DNA of 52,952 bases, the filler included, from Sphacelaria rigidula (lineage: Eukaryota): the NCBI GenBank assembly GCA_964200075.2. It is 4 parts of 4 records of this genome, joined end to end, with 100 filler letters (N's around TTAATTAATTAA, not from the genome) between each part and the next. Parts side by side here need not be neighbours in the genome. Positions count along the whole stretch, not along the records: positions 1 to 13,164 come from CAXNAA020003104.1; 3 more parts are not named here. One strand, written 5' to 3'. A model generated the notes under the pieces. It did not search any database, had not been told where the DNA came from, and worked only from the letters and a program-made list of their open reading frames with translations. Both the position numbers and the translations under genes were made by a program. This document shows, in pieces, positions 1-13,264 of the stretch. Positions within the stretch are counted from its first letter, which is position 1. Each line of letters starts with the position of its first letter.

Positions 1-65
1 TCTCGAAAAGGATGCGTGGTCAATGGTCAAACGACTAAGGCAAGCAACAAATGAGTACGCCCCCC
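1..65 (+). repeat. Short sequence nearly identical to the reverse complement of 51371-51434
   Basis: GATGCGTGGTCAATGGTCAAACGACTAAGGCAAGCAACAAA.GAGTACGCCCCC is shared. Confidence 0.85.
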
Positions 66-900
66 CCCTAATTTGGGCTTCCGAAAAGTGTCTGTGATGC
101 CTGGACTGAGAGATACGGAATCCCTTGACGAGAAGCGGGGGGTAAGTACTGCAGTTTACCTCGCGCGTTAACGCCATGGGATTTAGCATCACAACATCCT
201 ACTCCAGTAGATTCAAGAAACCGAAAGCGCGCTTCAAAGCCAACACCTCACACCAGCCTCACTAGCAGGTGCCGAACTTGTTGAGACATCCGTCGATCTT
301 TTCGTCCGTCTTGCAGAAGTGGTAAAATGATTGTTTGTTCACCGTGTGCCGCGGCACGGGATGCGTGAAACACTGGCAGTAGAACTGCCCCCCAATATCC
401 AACGTCACCTAAGAGCGCGAAGCAAGCGCGGACACGCAACATACAAGAACGTGGAAACACATTATCAACATGCGCGCATTAAATACCCGGGAGTGCTCCT
501 GTTATTCTCTGTGCCAACACCTGACGAGAAATCACAACTACACGAGTGTACACATTGGCGGCGGCGGGCCAAAGCGGCATTCAGCAGCCGTCGATGTTCC
601 ACCTCGGTAAAAAAAGACGTCTACACGAATGTACGGTCATTAATTCTGCGTCACTTCTACATTCGGCCCGTACCCATTGTCTTAGGGCATGCGCACCGTC
701 CAACCCAGAACACCGTGCGGCAACCACCGATTGGAATGGTGGCACTACACTATGTACACCGCATGGTGAGACACCCACGAGGCAGTGCATAAGCCGTGGC
801 TGTCTCTGGAAGTGACGATACCAGAAAATGAAGCAATTCATTGTAGGCTGTCATTCCAATGCAAGATGGTTCGTAGGCTTCGGGCCCAACAATCTTAGCA

Positions 901-1090
901 GGATGCAGTTCACCCTTCATGCGACTCCCGCAAAACACCACAGCGCTCGGCGCTTGGTGGTTGAGTGCGAGCCTGGTCCGGCGAAAACCCGGCGTGCTCC
1001 GTCCCGACTTTATGTGGGTGCGAGGTCAATGGTTTCATGACTACGGCATGCATGATCGTGAGTACAGACGGGACGACAACACACACACGC
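901..1090 (+). repeat. Dispersed repeat (retroposon-like 3' end with CA tail), copy 1
   Basis: GATGCAG..TCACCCTTCATGCGAC...GTCCGGCGAAAAC.CGGCGTGCTCCGTCCCGA...CGAGGTCAATG followed by (CA)n. Homologous to 2535-2810. Confidence 0.8.
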
Positions 1091-2534
1091 TATGTAGACC
1101 GCAAAGTACGCACCTTGTCTATCCCCAAGAGCCATATTCCCACCATCGCGTCCTCCACGGACATGATTGTCAACAGCTCGCGGTTGAGATAGAGGTACCG
1201 CACAATTTCGTAACCCAGCAAGTAGAAAGCTCCCTGATACAGGCGGTAAAACAGAAAACAAATCGAGGATGAAGAAGGATGACAACGCAACCCAACAGTT
1301 GCCAGACGGATTTCCTGACTCTTACGACATGGCACTCCTTTTTTGCTCTTTTACTTTCCTCTTCTCCTTGTTTTGTTTTACGTCGGCCATTTTTTTCTGT
1401 GTTTGTTTTTGTTAACGTTTTAAATAAGTAGTATTCTTTTTTGTTCCATCTTCGTCCACTACGTCGTTCTGTTCGATTTTCTTCTCCTTCTTCTGTTCCT
1501 TCTTGTCTTTGTCTTCAGCGAATGTTTTTGTTTTGTTTCGTCTTGGGTACGTCTATTGTGAGACCACGGCTGGACCCCTGGGGGTCAGTTCAAGTGCGAC
1601 AACCAATCAATCAATCACTCCGTACGGTACCCGTCATGCGCACTTCGCGTGACGGGGGCACGCTCAAGACTATCAAGGATGAAGGCGAAATCCGGTTGTG
1701 GCAGGCGAAGCTCCTGGTGAGAAAAAATGTCCGTGGTTGTAGGCACAGCAAAATGCGATGTAGTCACCACCGAGCAGAATAACCACTATCGCTGGCAAGG
1801 CTGCCCCTTTTCAACTCAAAAACCGAGCGATTGGTGAACAACATGGCTACAGAATTTGTCCCTCCTCTGGGATATTCCTACCCGTTTTGTACAATGTAAG
1901 AAAAACTCCTGAACGTGCGTGCATAGAAGAAGTGTTGCGAGCAAACGCTTCTGGGACGCGGACAGAGAGGGCAAATGATGTGAGGAGAACGAGGACGGCA
2001 GACATCCACAACCCGTGTCAAAGCTCTTCTGGGGTCAGTTTCGGCATCGACTCCAGCGCTACCGCACACCTGGTCAAAACACTCACAACACTCACAGCCT
2101 AAACGTAAAACGCAGTTGAACCACCTGTCGACACACTATACATGCAAGGTAAAATCATACAACACATATCGCTGAGGACTTTGATCCATCTCTCACCTGG
2201 TGATACATGGGGTGACAAGGGAGAACGCCTCCAGTGGCTTTCAAAAACTCCGGATCATGCAGCTTATGCCCTGGTGGAAACACTTTGCCACACCTGTGAA
2301 CCTCGGGTGTTAGGTGTGCGGGCAATTGTTCGGCCAGGGCGTAGGCTTCAGTCGAAGAACCACGACGGGAATCTCTAGGGCGGTGATCGACCAGCCAATA
2401 TAGCATTGCATCACTTCACCAGTATGTCGATCCAAGCATAATACCAGCATACGACCGATACGTAGCAGGGTCAGCTGTTGGCTTATGTGTCTTCCTCTAC
2501 TATAGTGATGATGTCCGTGCTACGCATCCCCCAA

Positions 2535-2810
2535 GATGCAGGTCACCCTTCATGCGACACGCCGAGCACATCACGGCACACGAACTCGCTAGCGACCGCC
2601 TGCGATCGCTTGCGGGGTAATTGTTGGCTTGGGTTTCCTCCTTCCATCAAGGAAGAAAAAAATCACGGCGCTTCGCGCTTGGTGATTGATTACGAGCCCA
2701 GTCCGGCGAAAACTCGGCGTGCTCCGTCCCGATTTGAAAAGGACGCGAGGTCAATGATCATGTGACTAAAGCATGCAAGATCATAAGCACACACACACAC
2801 CCCACACACA
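2535..2810 (+). repeat. Dispersed repeat, copy 2 of the 901-1090 family
   Basis: Shares the same motifs (translation EPSPAKTRRAPSR in both copies) and a (CA)n tail. Confidence 0.8.
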
Positions 2811-2954
2811 CGAGAGTTTAGGCACTGCACCACGGTACTACAGTACAAGTAGTGCAATACATGATTAACACAGGTAATATCGCCGCAAAGGTTACAGTGA
2901 CTGTTTACATACACCATGGAATTAAGCTTGTTTCCCAGCACCAGTATATTGCCG

Positions 2955-3255
2955 CCCCCCGGTAGTATTATGGCCCGACTGTCGCCGCTAGGGTGGAAAG
3001 AACGAGGGTTCGATCCCCAATGAGTTGAGTTTCTTCTTCGTAATATCTTATTTCCACCGCGGAAAGTGTGAGAAAGTGAGTAAACAAAATAGTCGACTGC
3101 GTTTCTTCGACGTGAGTTGACGCGGTGCGGGAGTGCTGACCCAATCTGCGAGTCCAAAATGCAAGGCGTGTACCGGGGGAGAGATAGGTTGATCCCTTGA
3201 GACCACGGACTCAGCCCGAGGAAGGGGAGGGGTTCGAAGTGCGACAAAAAAAAAG
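2955..3255 (+). mobile_element. Probable SINE (Pol III B-box, A-rich tail)
   Basis: GGTTCGATCCCC B-box at ~3007. The 3' part (CCCTTGAGACCACGGAC...GAGGAAGGGGAGGGGTTCGAAGTGCGAC-A9) is homologous to 6160-6280 and partly to 1555-1620. Confidence 0.6.
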
Positions 3256-3411
3256 GGACGCGTTAGCTGCAGTAGGACGTGCAATCTGTAATTGAAAATC
3301 GAGAGTGAACCGAGCTAGCGATTTCTGATGCTCGCTAATGACTTTTACTTCGTGCCCTGATTGGATTGTTGTGCGAGCTGGGCCAGCCTATAAGCAAATT
3401 CATAGTGTGCA

Positions 3412-3691
3412 GGCCCATTCGCCGGCCATTATTTAGAGTTGAACCCTAAAATTTGGAATGGTCCATTGACAGGGCATGATGAAAAAAATAACCCAGGCAC
3501 ACAATTTTTTTCTCTTCATTTCATGATTCAAGGGTATTTTACTGATACCTGAACGTTGATTTTTGCCCTTGACTCATGAAAAAAAAACTTCGCGTGCACC
3601 TTGTGTGCACAGGTATTTTTTTTGTATGCCCTATTCATTGTCCATACCAAATTTTAGGGTTCAACTTTGAATATTGGTCGGTGAATGGGCC
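3412..3691. mobile_element. Foldback MITE (long terminal inverted repeats)
   Basis: GGCCCATTCGCCGGCCA...AGTTGAACCCTAAAATTTGG pairs with CCAAATTTTAGGGTTCAACT...TGGTCGGTGAATGGGCC. The element is AT-rich and non-coding. Confidence 0.75.
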
Positions 3692-4971
3692 GTTTAGTAA
3701 CCGGGTCGGTAGAGTTTCGGAACAGTATTTTGCAGGCCATTTACCGGCCCACGTTTGGTGTTTGTGTACCGAAGTCTTGTGTTGGACCTCGCTAGGGCAT
3801 AATGAACCAAAAAATAGGATCAGGTTGGTATTTACATATATATTTATTGGTTTAGGGCGTTTTAGTATGATAGCGACAATTGTTTTACAGGCACGCCCGA
3901 ATCTCTTCCAAATATAAATATATATTGAAGGCCCATTTTGTTTTCAATTCAGCATACCTCTGTGGTTGTCATGCCAAGTTTCGAATTACATTTACAAAAT
4001 TGAGCTGAGAAATTGAGATAAGGTCAAAGAGCAATGTTCATTTCTCCTCAGAACTCCCCTAAAAACACGAAAAAATGGAAGAAAAAAAAACGGAAAAAAA
4101 CGAAAAAAAACATGTGTTATGTTTATTTTATCATGCACTAGCGGTTCTCCATACAAAATTTCATAGCACAAATCTCAAAAACTGAGACGCGATATCCAGA
4201 TTTAGGTCATCCAGTGCCTCTGCCCGTAATATATTGTGTTTCGTATGGAACCTTATGTGTGCCATATCTCGAGATAGATAACGAATTAGGTGCAAGTGAG
4301 GGTGTATTTATCGTCTGTCCGTGCGCCAGGGAATGTCGACAAAAATCATCGTCATCCCCTGAATGTATCGTTCGGGGTTTCATATAAAATTTAATATGGA
4401 CGCTATCTCCGTGCGGTATAGGAATCACTAGACATGAGGTTTAATCAACGGGAAAATATAGGCCCAAACTTTTGAGTAGATGGGCACCTTTGCCTTGATT
4501 AGACGATTAATACGATATGCGGATCACGGCCCCACTCATCTGTGTCCATGAGATATTGCTTTGAAAGCTCAGTTCCGTTTTTAGGCTGGCCCAGCTGGTA
4601 TTCTCGTAGCGTGATAATTAGCGTAATAATTAATCAACCGAGCGAGCGTGGCCTCGGGCATGTGATTGATACCAAAGCCGTCAATCGTAGGTATAAAACA
4701 AGTCTGGGATTGGACACACCGGTTGTCGTAGGCTCGAATCTTGAAAAACAGCGTACCAGACGTGGGGTTAGATTATTCTCGGGTTCCCGACGGGGTCGAA
4801 AGTGCGTCCGCGCGCATTGGTGAAATCCTACAGGCCTCTTGTCTTTCTTCTCTACATGTCCTTCCCCCGTGTACGCTAATGTTGAGAGCAAAACATTTCC
4901 AGGCCTGCTGTCGTTGGTCTCGACGAACTACTTTCCCGCGTACGCTACGCCACCGTAATTGATGTCCTCAC

Positions 4972-5091
4972 GTTGCCAACAATCCCGCGTAAACACGAGG
5001 CTGATCCTTGACGGGCATTTCCATCAACTGCTGTGTCACTCGGCCTAGGCAAGGGAAGGTATCCCCGTCCGTCTTCGCCAAAAACTTGAAG
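4972..5091 (-). CDS. Internal exon of a glycosyltransferase family 31 (beta-1,3-galactosyltransferase)-like gene, possibly a remnant
   Basis: Bounded by CACAG| and |GTGAGG. Reads FKFLAKTDGDTFPCLGRVTQQLMEMPVKDQPRVYAGLLA, resembling the GT31 'F..K.DDD.F' DxD region. Confidence 0.5.
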
Positions 5092-6159
5092 CTGTGGGCA
5101 ATATCAACACATCAACATATGCAGTGGGGCAACGATCGAACCGAGTGAGGGTTGAGCCGGACAGGTAAAAACACACACATGCTGGGGCGTGACGATGAGC
5201 AGCTGGTGATTGGCATCCACGTTGCTACGCTGTGCTGCGAAAAAATGTTCATGTCAAAACGTGAAGCGGTACAGCACGGGGATCAAGTCGCGAACGGCGC
5301 ATGTCGTGAAGGACACAGTGACAGCACGACATGATATGATGCACGTTTGACATGGGAAGCACCATGCAGACTTAGCCAGAAGCACCACAAACAACAAATA
5401 CATACAGCATCCTCCTTAGAAACATCGGTGACGGAGTACAGTACAGTATACGGATCATGCACCTTGAACAAAGAGTCATCTTCGACTTGGTCGACGCGGA
5501 CGACCCTGCGAGCCAGGAGTGATATTCATGGAGATCTCAATGAAGCTTTCGTAGCGCATAGGTTCGCGAGGCGTAGTAACTGCATGTTCCGACGGAACTG
5601 AGTGTGGGAAAAAACCGCCATCTGGGGTGGTACACTACTGCTTAGGTGAATAGTCAGTAGCCTCATTACATCACTGTTGGGGCTCTGGGGCTTCCATCGC
5701 GGAGTGTTCGCTGCGTGTGGGTTGTGCCATCACCTCGTGCCTTTCTCAGGTGGAAAGTATTGTGCTCTTTCTCTGATTAAATGACATGGGCAAATCGTGC
5801 GAAAATCTAGTTTTGGGAACAGACCCTTTCGAGTTTCTCTGGGCATGCAATTTCACTTGAAATACACCTTCAACTGGTACCATTGATTGTACTACAGCCT
5901 GCTTCCGAGGTGTCACATCAAGCCAGTAGTTCGGCATAAATGAATACACTGCGGTGCGGTATAGCGCAATGCAGTACAGTCCAACACCACAGGTAACGTG
6001 CGATAAAAACCGTCAGGTGAATGCTCCAAGCTTTTCTACATCGTTCCTTTGTAAACCTCCTGCAGCCATGCTACCACGTGTGTTCGCTGCAAATATCTTC
6101 CCGATCTCACAAACCAAATCTTCGAGGGACTTTAGCGAATGGATGAATGAAAGGTCATG

Positions 6160-6280
6160 ATCCAATCCGCGAGACCACAATGTAAAGCATGTGCCGGGGG
6201 ATAGATGGGTCGACCCCTTGACATCACGGACGCGCCTCGAGGAAGGGGAGGGGTTTGAAAGTGTGACTAACAACAAAACT
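6160..6280 (+). repeat. Partial copy of the SINE-like 3' end at 3140-3255
   Basis: CCGGGGGATAGATGGGTCGACCCCTTGACATCACGGAC...GAGGAAGGGGAGGG aligns to ~3170-3245. Confidence 0.7.
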
Positions 6281-8011
6281 GGAGTCTTGTCCCAATATTT
6301 GAAGTGATCAAAAATTGTGACATGTTCGCAAACTCGAAATAAGAAGTAAGTGCTTAGGGCAACTCTCCCCCCGAAGAAGACATGACATCGCTTTCTTGCA
6401 GGGGGTGTGGGGGGGGGGGAAGCAGCCATGTATCCTCTACGGTCTTGAAAAAGTAACATGAACATATTGTGACTGTCATGAGAGAAGAAAGAATATGGGC
6501 GTGAGTCGAGACTCCCAGAAAGTGCAGCCACTGTTAGCATCGGGTCCATCAAAGCAATGGGCAGCATCAACGTGCCACCAACGACGAAAATCGGCACACA
6601 CATCTACAGTATTATGTTCGTCAAACCACCCTGCTAGTCGAAGAAGTATTGAGGTCTCTCGACTCAATTTCAAGCTAGAACAAGTGCGTGTCTGTATCAC
6701 ACCAAGCAAATCGGACCCACCGCTACAAGTCGTGCGGTCGTTGCCGCCGTGCCGCCGATATCCGGTGACTTCAATAAATAAGGATAGTGATCAAGACAAA
6801 TTTTTGTATCTGAATTCTTGCCTGTTTGCTGGGTTGTGAACCCGTTTTTACCACTTTCCACCACACCCATACATGAGGGATCATATGCTCAAGTGGATCC
6901 AACATGGCGACCACTTGTGTTGCATGACATACAACTGAAAAAAGGACGATATATAAACAAAACAAAAATGGCGTTTTTGTCGATCGCGGGTCGGGGGTAG
7001 AACATTTCCACATGACGTATCAATTTTGGAGGGTGACGCGAGACCGTACGGCGCGCTGATTCTAGGGCAGATCTTTGCAGGTAGAATATCTAGAGCGTAC
7101 TGAAGGGCTGTAGAGGTGGATGATTTTTATTCAGGGAAGATTGCAGAGAAAACGACGGCAATACATCGCCGGAAAGTACAACACAAGCACATGTAACAGC
7201 TGTCGTACCACCACGCACGAATCTGGTTCTGCCTGCACCCATGGACAACATAAGGCTCGCGAGTGAATACGAGTCGATTGACCAAGCAACAGGGACTGTA
7301 CCGCACTGGAGCTTGAAAGCAAACGCGACAGCCACAGCATACCCGCACATACCCGCATATAGGAGCGGTTCATTTTCTTGCCATAGCATTATAGTCCGTA
7401 CCGTGCCGTCCAGTTTGGAAATCCTACGAATTATTACTGCGTACCACCAGAGCATATCGTTTCGATCGAAAGTGATTTACAAGCCGCGCCGGCGGACAAG
7501 AGACGTATCGGGTGCCCATAACTTGAGTCTAATACCCGAGCACTTTTAGTAGATTCAGGTGACTCATGGTCACACATGTATCACGTAAAATAACGCGTGC
7601 TCTGCATGTCATGGCCTCAGCCACTTCGATCGAAAACATGGGGCAGAAAGGCACGAGCAGGAACTTTACTCCACGCCAGATTCCACCCGACTACGAACCA
7701 CGGAGACTCCAACAATTCTCGCTCAGCTACCACCTCAACCCTGCAGTAGTTGGGAACCGGCACGATCACCCTCTTCCCGTGATGTTTTTTTTGTTGGCGG
7801 AAATTTGAGCATATTTTGTTATGGTAGGGGTCGGCGAAGGACTTGCACAGTATAGTGTGAGCGACCGAGTTGCGTCGAAGCTCATGCACAGTACAGACAG
7901 TACGAATCTGCATATGCAGAGGGTACTGATAGTACTGCACTGTCTGTACTGACTCCAAGTGATCAAGTACCGCTTCGCAAATTCTGACATTCGTTTTGCT
8001 TCTGCGCTTGC

Positions 8012-8398
8012 AAATTCGTTCGGACCGTAGCTATGCAAACAAACGAATTCGATCGAAGCGATCCTGCTGCACGTTTCGTTCGATTAATCTGTATTTTGAC
8101 TAGACACCCCCGTAGGGCCGTGTCTTACGCAGTGTTTTGGAAAATTATTTTCCGATCGACAAGGTGCGGCGGAACAGAAAATTCCGATCTGATAGGTCGC
8201 CATTCATGTCCACGTCATTAATGTTGAAATAACGTCCTATCAGATGGAAAAAATTATTTCCCACCGCACTTTTTCTTCGGAAAAAGCAATGTGCTAAGAC
8301 ATGCCCTTGTCAAATTTGTTTCGCATCGAACAAATAATTACTGCGGAATTGAATCGATCGAAGTGGTTCGTTTTGCGCGGTTTGGGTCCGAGCGAATG
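8012..8398. mobile_element. Diverged foldback MITE
   Basis: Nested inverted matches: ATTCGTTCGGACC/GGTCCGAGCGAAT, GGGCCGTGTCTTA/TAAGACATGCCC, GTGCGG/CCGCAC and ATCTGATAGG/CCTATCAGAT. Confidence 0.7.
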
Positions 8399-8469
8399 TT
8401 AACGCTTTCGATGTAAAAAACAAGGTTGAACTCTTGAACATGTTTTTGTTCACTTGTAGTCGGCCCGTC

Positions 8470-8832
8470 GCCCCGGTGGCTCAGTTGGTAACTTCGACAC
8501 CTTCTGACGGTTGGGTCGTGGGTTCGAATCTCGGGGCGATCTAGGTTGTTTTCTCATACAATGCCCAACAGTGGAGTGCGACCATGACGTGGGTACACAA
8601 AATTTGTCTCAACGGTGGACGAGGGAAATGAACTGCTCGACTCCTCTCGCGATAAAACACGAAGGGAAGCACCGCAGAAGGAAGGTGGAGAACTAAAAAC
8701 ATCTAAAAGATTTTAAAAAATCCAGTGTTGGCCTTCCTCCCGTGTGACCCCGGCTGGTGCGCCCACATATACCGAAATGTGTAGACTTACGTCCAGATTA
8801 AGTGGGATGACAACACACACACAAGCACACAC
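8470..8832 (+). mobile_element. tRNA-derived SINE
   Basis: A-box TGGCTCAGTTGG (8477-8488) and B-box GGTTCGAATC (8521-8530), then a non-tRNA body and a (CA)n tail. Confidence 0.7.
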
Positions 8833-9719
8833 AGTCAGTGCAGACAGTTGTGGGTAGGAATGGGGGCCGATTTTGGGCACTATCTTCATGGAAAGTGCAA
8901 GCTAAACGCTACATGCGTCAGAAGTGGTTCGTAGTCCAACGAATCATATCAATGAAAAATACACGCGTCACCTACAAATGACGATTCGGCTAATAAGAAA
9001 TGAACTATATTTCTAGTACACTTATTCAAGCCTGGGAGTGATCGGTGTTGAGGAAATTTTGTTCCTCCGGAAAGCTCGCTCCACATCAGTAGATGTACAA
9101 TCTTGTTGCACTAGCTACAGTAGTGTCCTGCTTCTGTCTGTACCGGTCGGGAAGCACACGCCCGCGAGCTGCCACCCCACGTTTACCGTCATTGCAAAGA
9201 TAACAAAACAAGAGCACGAACAGCAGCTGTTGTGGCCGCTACACACCAACGTAACCGCAGTGAAAGGCGTGCCTGGCATAGTGCTAGAATGAGAAAGTAC
9301 GGAAATTTGGAGATAATAAGCAGCAGCGTCGGGCATCCGAAAACTACTAAGATCGATGCTAATGATGTTGACGATCAAGAGGTTCATGCTGTGCGGATTG
9401 GCTACGCGCTGCATGTCCTACACACAGCTATGACTGCGGGATTGGAGAGTGAAATCCTCATGGGCCCCATGGGGTCAGGGTCATGGCATGAGTGGAAGGA
9501 ATCTCATCTTGTCAGTCGCTTGGGCACAGTCTGGTTCTCTCTGTCCAGACCAACATCTTTGACGTCATTTCCCCCCTTTTTTTAGTATGTACAGGCACTC
9601 ACTTGAAACATCGTGGCTCTGCCGACCTAGGGATACATGGTGCGCAGTCTGAAATCAAAATGACTCTTCGCGCCTTGGCTTCTCCGCTGGAACCCTCAGA
9701 CACAACAGCCGAAGTTCAT

Positions 9720-10260
9720 GTGTGACCTTGCTCTCTGCAACTCAACACATGAAGGGTACTCGCTGTTGAAAGGCGAATTTGCCCTTCGTGCACAGCCGTA
9801 CAGAACAAAGCAGCACTTGGTGGCATGCCACAAAGTAAAATGCCAGCCGTCACACACTGCTCGCCGCAACAAAAAAAACACGCAGCCCAAAACTAAGCTT
9901 GTTGAACATCGCATAGTTTGCATCTCATGCTGATACTATTAATAGTATATACAGACAGTTACTAAATACATGACCGCGGTCACCAGCAGATGTAACGCAC
10001 ATACTCGCACTAAAACCGCTCTCGACGCCTTGGCTTCTTAACTAGAGCCCTGACATGAAGCAGCCGCCAGCTTCGTCTTTCTTCTGTCAACTCTCCCTCT
10101 GTGATTCGACACTTCAAAGGATATTCGCCGTTGAAAGGTGGATTTGCCCTTTGTGCACAGCCGCTCAGAAAAAAGCAGCGCCTGGGGGCACGCAACCCAA
10201 GTGCATGTCATCACAACTTGCTTGCGGCAGGAAAACTAGTATGCGCACCATTTTTTTTTA
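9720..10260 (+). repeat. Two diverged direct copies of a ~180-bp repeat (about 9720-9920 and 10085-10260)
   Basis: Shared core TCGC.GTTGAAAGG.G.ATTTGCCCTT.GTGCACAGCCG..CAGAA.AAAGCAGC. Confidence 0.7.
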
Positions 10261-12399
10261 ATTTGCCATCTTCGACCTCGAAAGACGCTACTGATCCTCA
10301 ACCCAAAAGTGCCGATCGCGCAACGCTTACAACTCGGCAACCAAGCGGGGAATTGGACTGCGGTTTCTTGCGTGCGCTTCTCACACACCCAAGCTATGTC
10401 GCCTAGTTCGGTTTTTGTGTTTGCGCGTGATGCTGACTCGCAAATGACCTAAACATACTAAAATGAGGTGTTTTCTGCTCTGGGAGGGGGTTTCCGTGCC
10501 GCTGACGCGACGCCAGCAAAATATCAAGCTAGGTCCCCTAGATTTTGTGTGTATGCGGGGGGCTGTCAAGTGCCGTGGACCGACTTGCTTCCTGTGTCGA
10601 GAACCGCGCGATCTCCAGTGCTACAGCTTTCCCATACTACACCAACTTAATAAGGAGGGATGAAGCGTGTGTTCTGTTTGTGAGGGCCTCGGTACAGGTC
10701 CGACCACCTACTGACGTGTTCATTATTCCTCCGCGTATTTTCTTACTTTGAATCTTGTGCCGATTTTTGGTCGTTAGGGCCCCCATTCTTACCCATGACA
10801 ATATAGTACTGTCTGTACTGTCTGCGCTGACTGTGTGTGTTTCGTACAGTAGCACGGGAACAAGAGTCGGGCAACGTGCAGTACAGGCAGGACAGGACTG
10901 TCCGTACTCTCTTCATACATAAGGATGTGATTTCTATTTGGACAACATCCAGTTCTACTTCCTGCACTGTTCATAAAGCGTGTACGCAATTCGGTCGCCC
11001 GCCTCACCACGCAATTCTGTTGCCGACCCCTAGCATAAGAGAAGATCGTCAACTTTTCGCCAACAGAAGAAAAAAAATCATGCGAAGAGGGTGATAGTGT
11101 CGGTTTCCGATTACTGCAGTGTATTTATCTCTGTGCTCAACTCGTGATCTATGCTGCAGGATTGCGTTGGTAGTTGAGTCTGAATTGTGTAGGGCTTGCA
11201 TGGTTTTGTGGACGAGTGGGATCTGGCGTGGTTGTCTGCAACATAGCAGTCAAGTGCCTCCTCGTTCTTCCCGCCGCATGTCTTCGAATAATAATTACGA
11301 ACAGAACTCGGAGCTATCAGTGAACATAAATGACATGGACGTGTGAGATACAAGTTATTTTACGCCGCACTTCTTCGATCGAAGAAAAGATTGGTAAGAC
11401 ACGACGTAAGGTTCCGTATTAACTCTCAGACAGCAACTCTCCCGCAGGTGGATTGAGATGGACTATGCCACATGAGGGGTTCAGAACAGCTCTCTTCTCG
11501 CTACACAACACGCCTTTTTACATGAGCATGTGGATGTTGGGCATTTATATGGGAACCAGTCCCGAAGAACCCCCGACAGGTTTTGACCCTGCAGCCTATT
11601 GCGTGCAGAGTCAGTACATGTGCTGTATGTCTTCGCTCGATACAACGGCAAGAAACAGTCAGCGTACCATTGCTCTCCACTGAACACAATCTACTGCATG
11701 TTGCTGATGTTTATGCTAAAGTGTTCCACAACAACCTACAGACAGCGTGAAGCTATGCTGGCAACACATGAGGGATCAGGCAGGCGGCATATACCCGAAG
11801 CAATGTGAAAGCATCTCATTTGTGCCCATGCAGTCTGTGGTTGATTTGTCAGGATCAAAATGAGGGATACCGCTAGACAGCGAAGTAGTCCATCTGTAGG
11901 GGAACAAAGTGACCATTTTAACAGCCGTGATTGGTCAGAATGGTCACTCCGCTCCTCTCTAGGCTTTCGTTCCGTGTGAGAGCATAAACTTTAGCTTGAT
12001 TTGGGCTTTACGAGCTTAGAGAAGCATTGTTTTTCAAAAGCTTCTAATGAGCTTAATGGGCTTGAACCACACATAAAGTTGCGATATTGTTTTTTGCGCC
12101 TCCTGCAGCCACCCTAGCTCCTACCCGCAAGCGCTCCATGTGGCGTGACTCGTCACCAGACAGGCCGACAGGCTTCAGGCTTCAATACTTCAAATTTCGA
12201 TGGTCGTGTTACGTGTTTCTATTTTGCTGCGGGTCTGACCAGCAAAAAGTCCCATTTTCTTTTCTATATACGTGGTACTTTGTTTTCAATAAAAAAAATG
12301 TGATTGAGACTAGTGCACTCGTCCATTCGTGAAGCGTACAGCGGTAGCAGCAGCAACAATGAGAAGTGATGATAAGTGAAGCAGCCAAGCTCATCGACT

Positions 12400-12745
12400 T
12401 CGTTTATATGAAGTGGCACGCAGGCTACACCGGGAATGAGGTCCGCCAGCTTGCTGTTTTCCCTTTTGTAACGCCCAAAGCCATGGCGGGTCTACTGTCC
12501 GGGAAGGACGACTTTTTGGTCGCGGCTTCAGGCGCGCACTCTGAGTACGGGCTGTTGTTATTTTGGGACGACAACGAGAACAGGCTTCCTAGTTGATGTT
12601 TCGCGGCGATGGATTTTGTACTTATCCAGCCATCATCCACGTCTATCGAGCGAGTGTTTTCGATTTTGAGGGGGCGCTTGTACTCCCGGCAGGAGAAAGC
12701 GTTAGGTGACCGCACCAAACCCGCGGTTATGATCAAGCATAAATC
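12400..12745 (+). pseudogene. hAT transposase C-terminal dimerisation-domain remnant
   Basis: Reads LLLFWDDNENRLPS*CFAAMDFVLIQPSSTSIERVFSIL...RQEKALGD. The W...P...PSS..ERVFS motif is present with an in-frame stop. Confidence 0.75.
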
Positions 12746-13164
12746 GGTACCGGTAGTTCGACACGATTTTCAATGTCGACTGACGGTAGATTATGGGGGG
12801 GGCGGTAGCTTGTAGCTTGCCGGGCGAAAGACCAGAGGCTGCAATGCCCTATTGCTGTACCATGTATCATAAGTGTAGTGGCATTTGTTGTTTCCGTCGG
12901 TGGGTTAGGGTGTAGGTGTGCAGGTTGTGGCCTTCAGACTAAATGACTGAAGAAAAGTTCAATTTTTTAATTTAAAACAAACATCAAACTTCGAATGCCC
13001 AACTTGTTGTCTTGTCCTCATGTTGGAAGGTCTTCATGCTAGAAGGCGCGCCTCGAGAGGGGATACTGCAACGACGCCACAACAGGGACGTGAATAAACC
13101 GTTTTGGGACTGAAGCTCACTAACACCACGTTCACGACGTGTTAGTAAAATAATAGTAAACGAG

Positions 13165-13264
13165 NNNNNNNNNNNNNNNNNNNNNNNNNNNNNNNNNNNN
13201 NNNNNNNNTTAATTAATTAANNNNNNNNNNNNNNNNNNNNNNNNNNNNNNNNNNNNNNNNNNNN
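13165..13264. other. Artificial contig-joining linker (N44-TTAATTAATTAA-N44)
   Basis: 100-nt N run with a central TTAATTAATTAA (stops in all six frames). An identical linker recurs twice more. Confidence 0.98.

Noticed and set aside
248-2500. Short ORFs at the start of contig 1
   Set aside because: They have no recognisable domains, overlap dispersed repeats, and lack consistent splice or codon signals.
8470-8545. tRNA gene
   Set aside because: A and B boxes are present but there is no convincing cloverleaf or anticodon arm. The sequence continues into a body with a CA tail, so it is better explained as a SINE.
13209-13220. TTAATTAATTAA as a biological motif
   Set aside because: It is embedded in N runs and identical at three regular positions, so it is an assembly linker.
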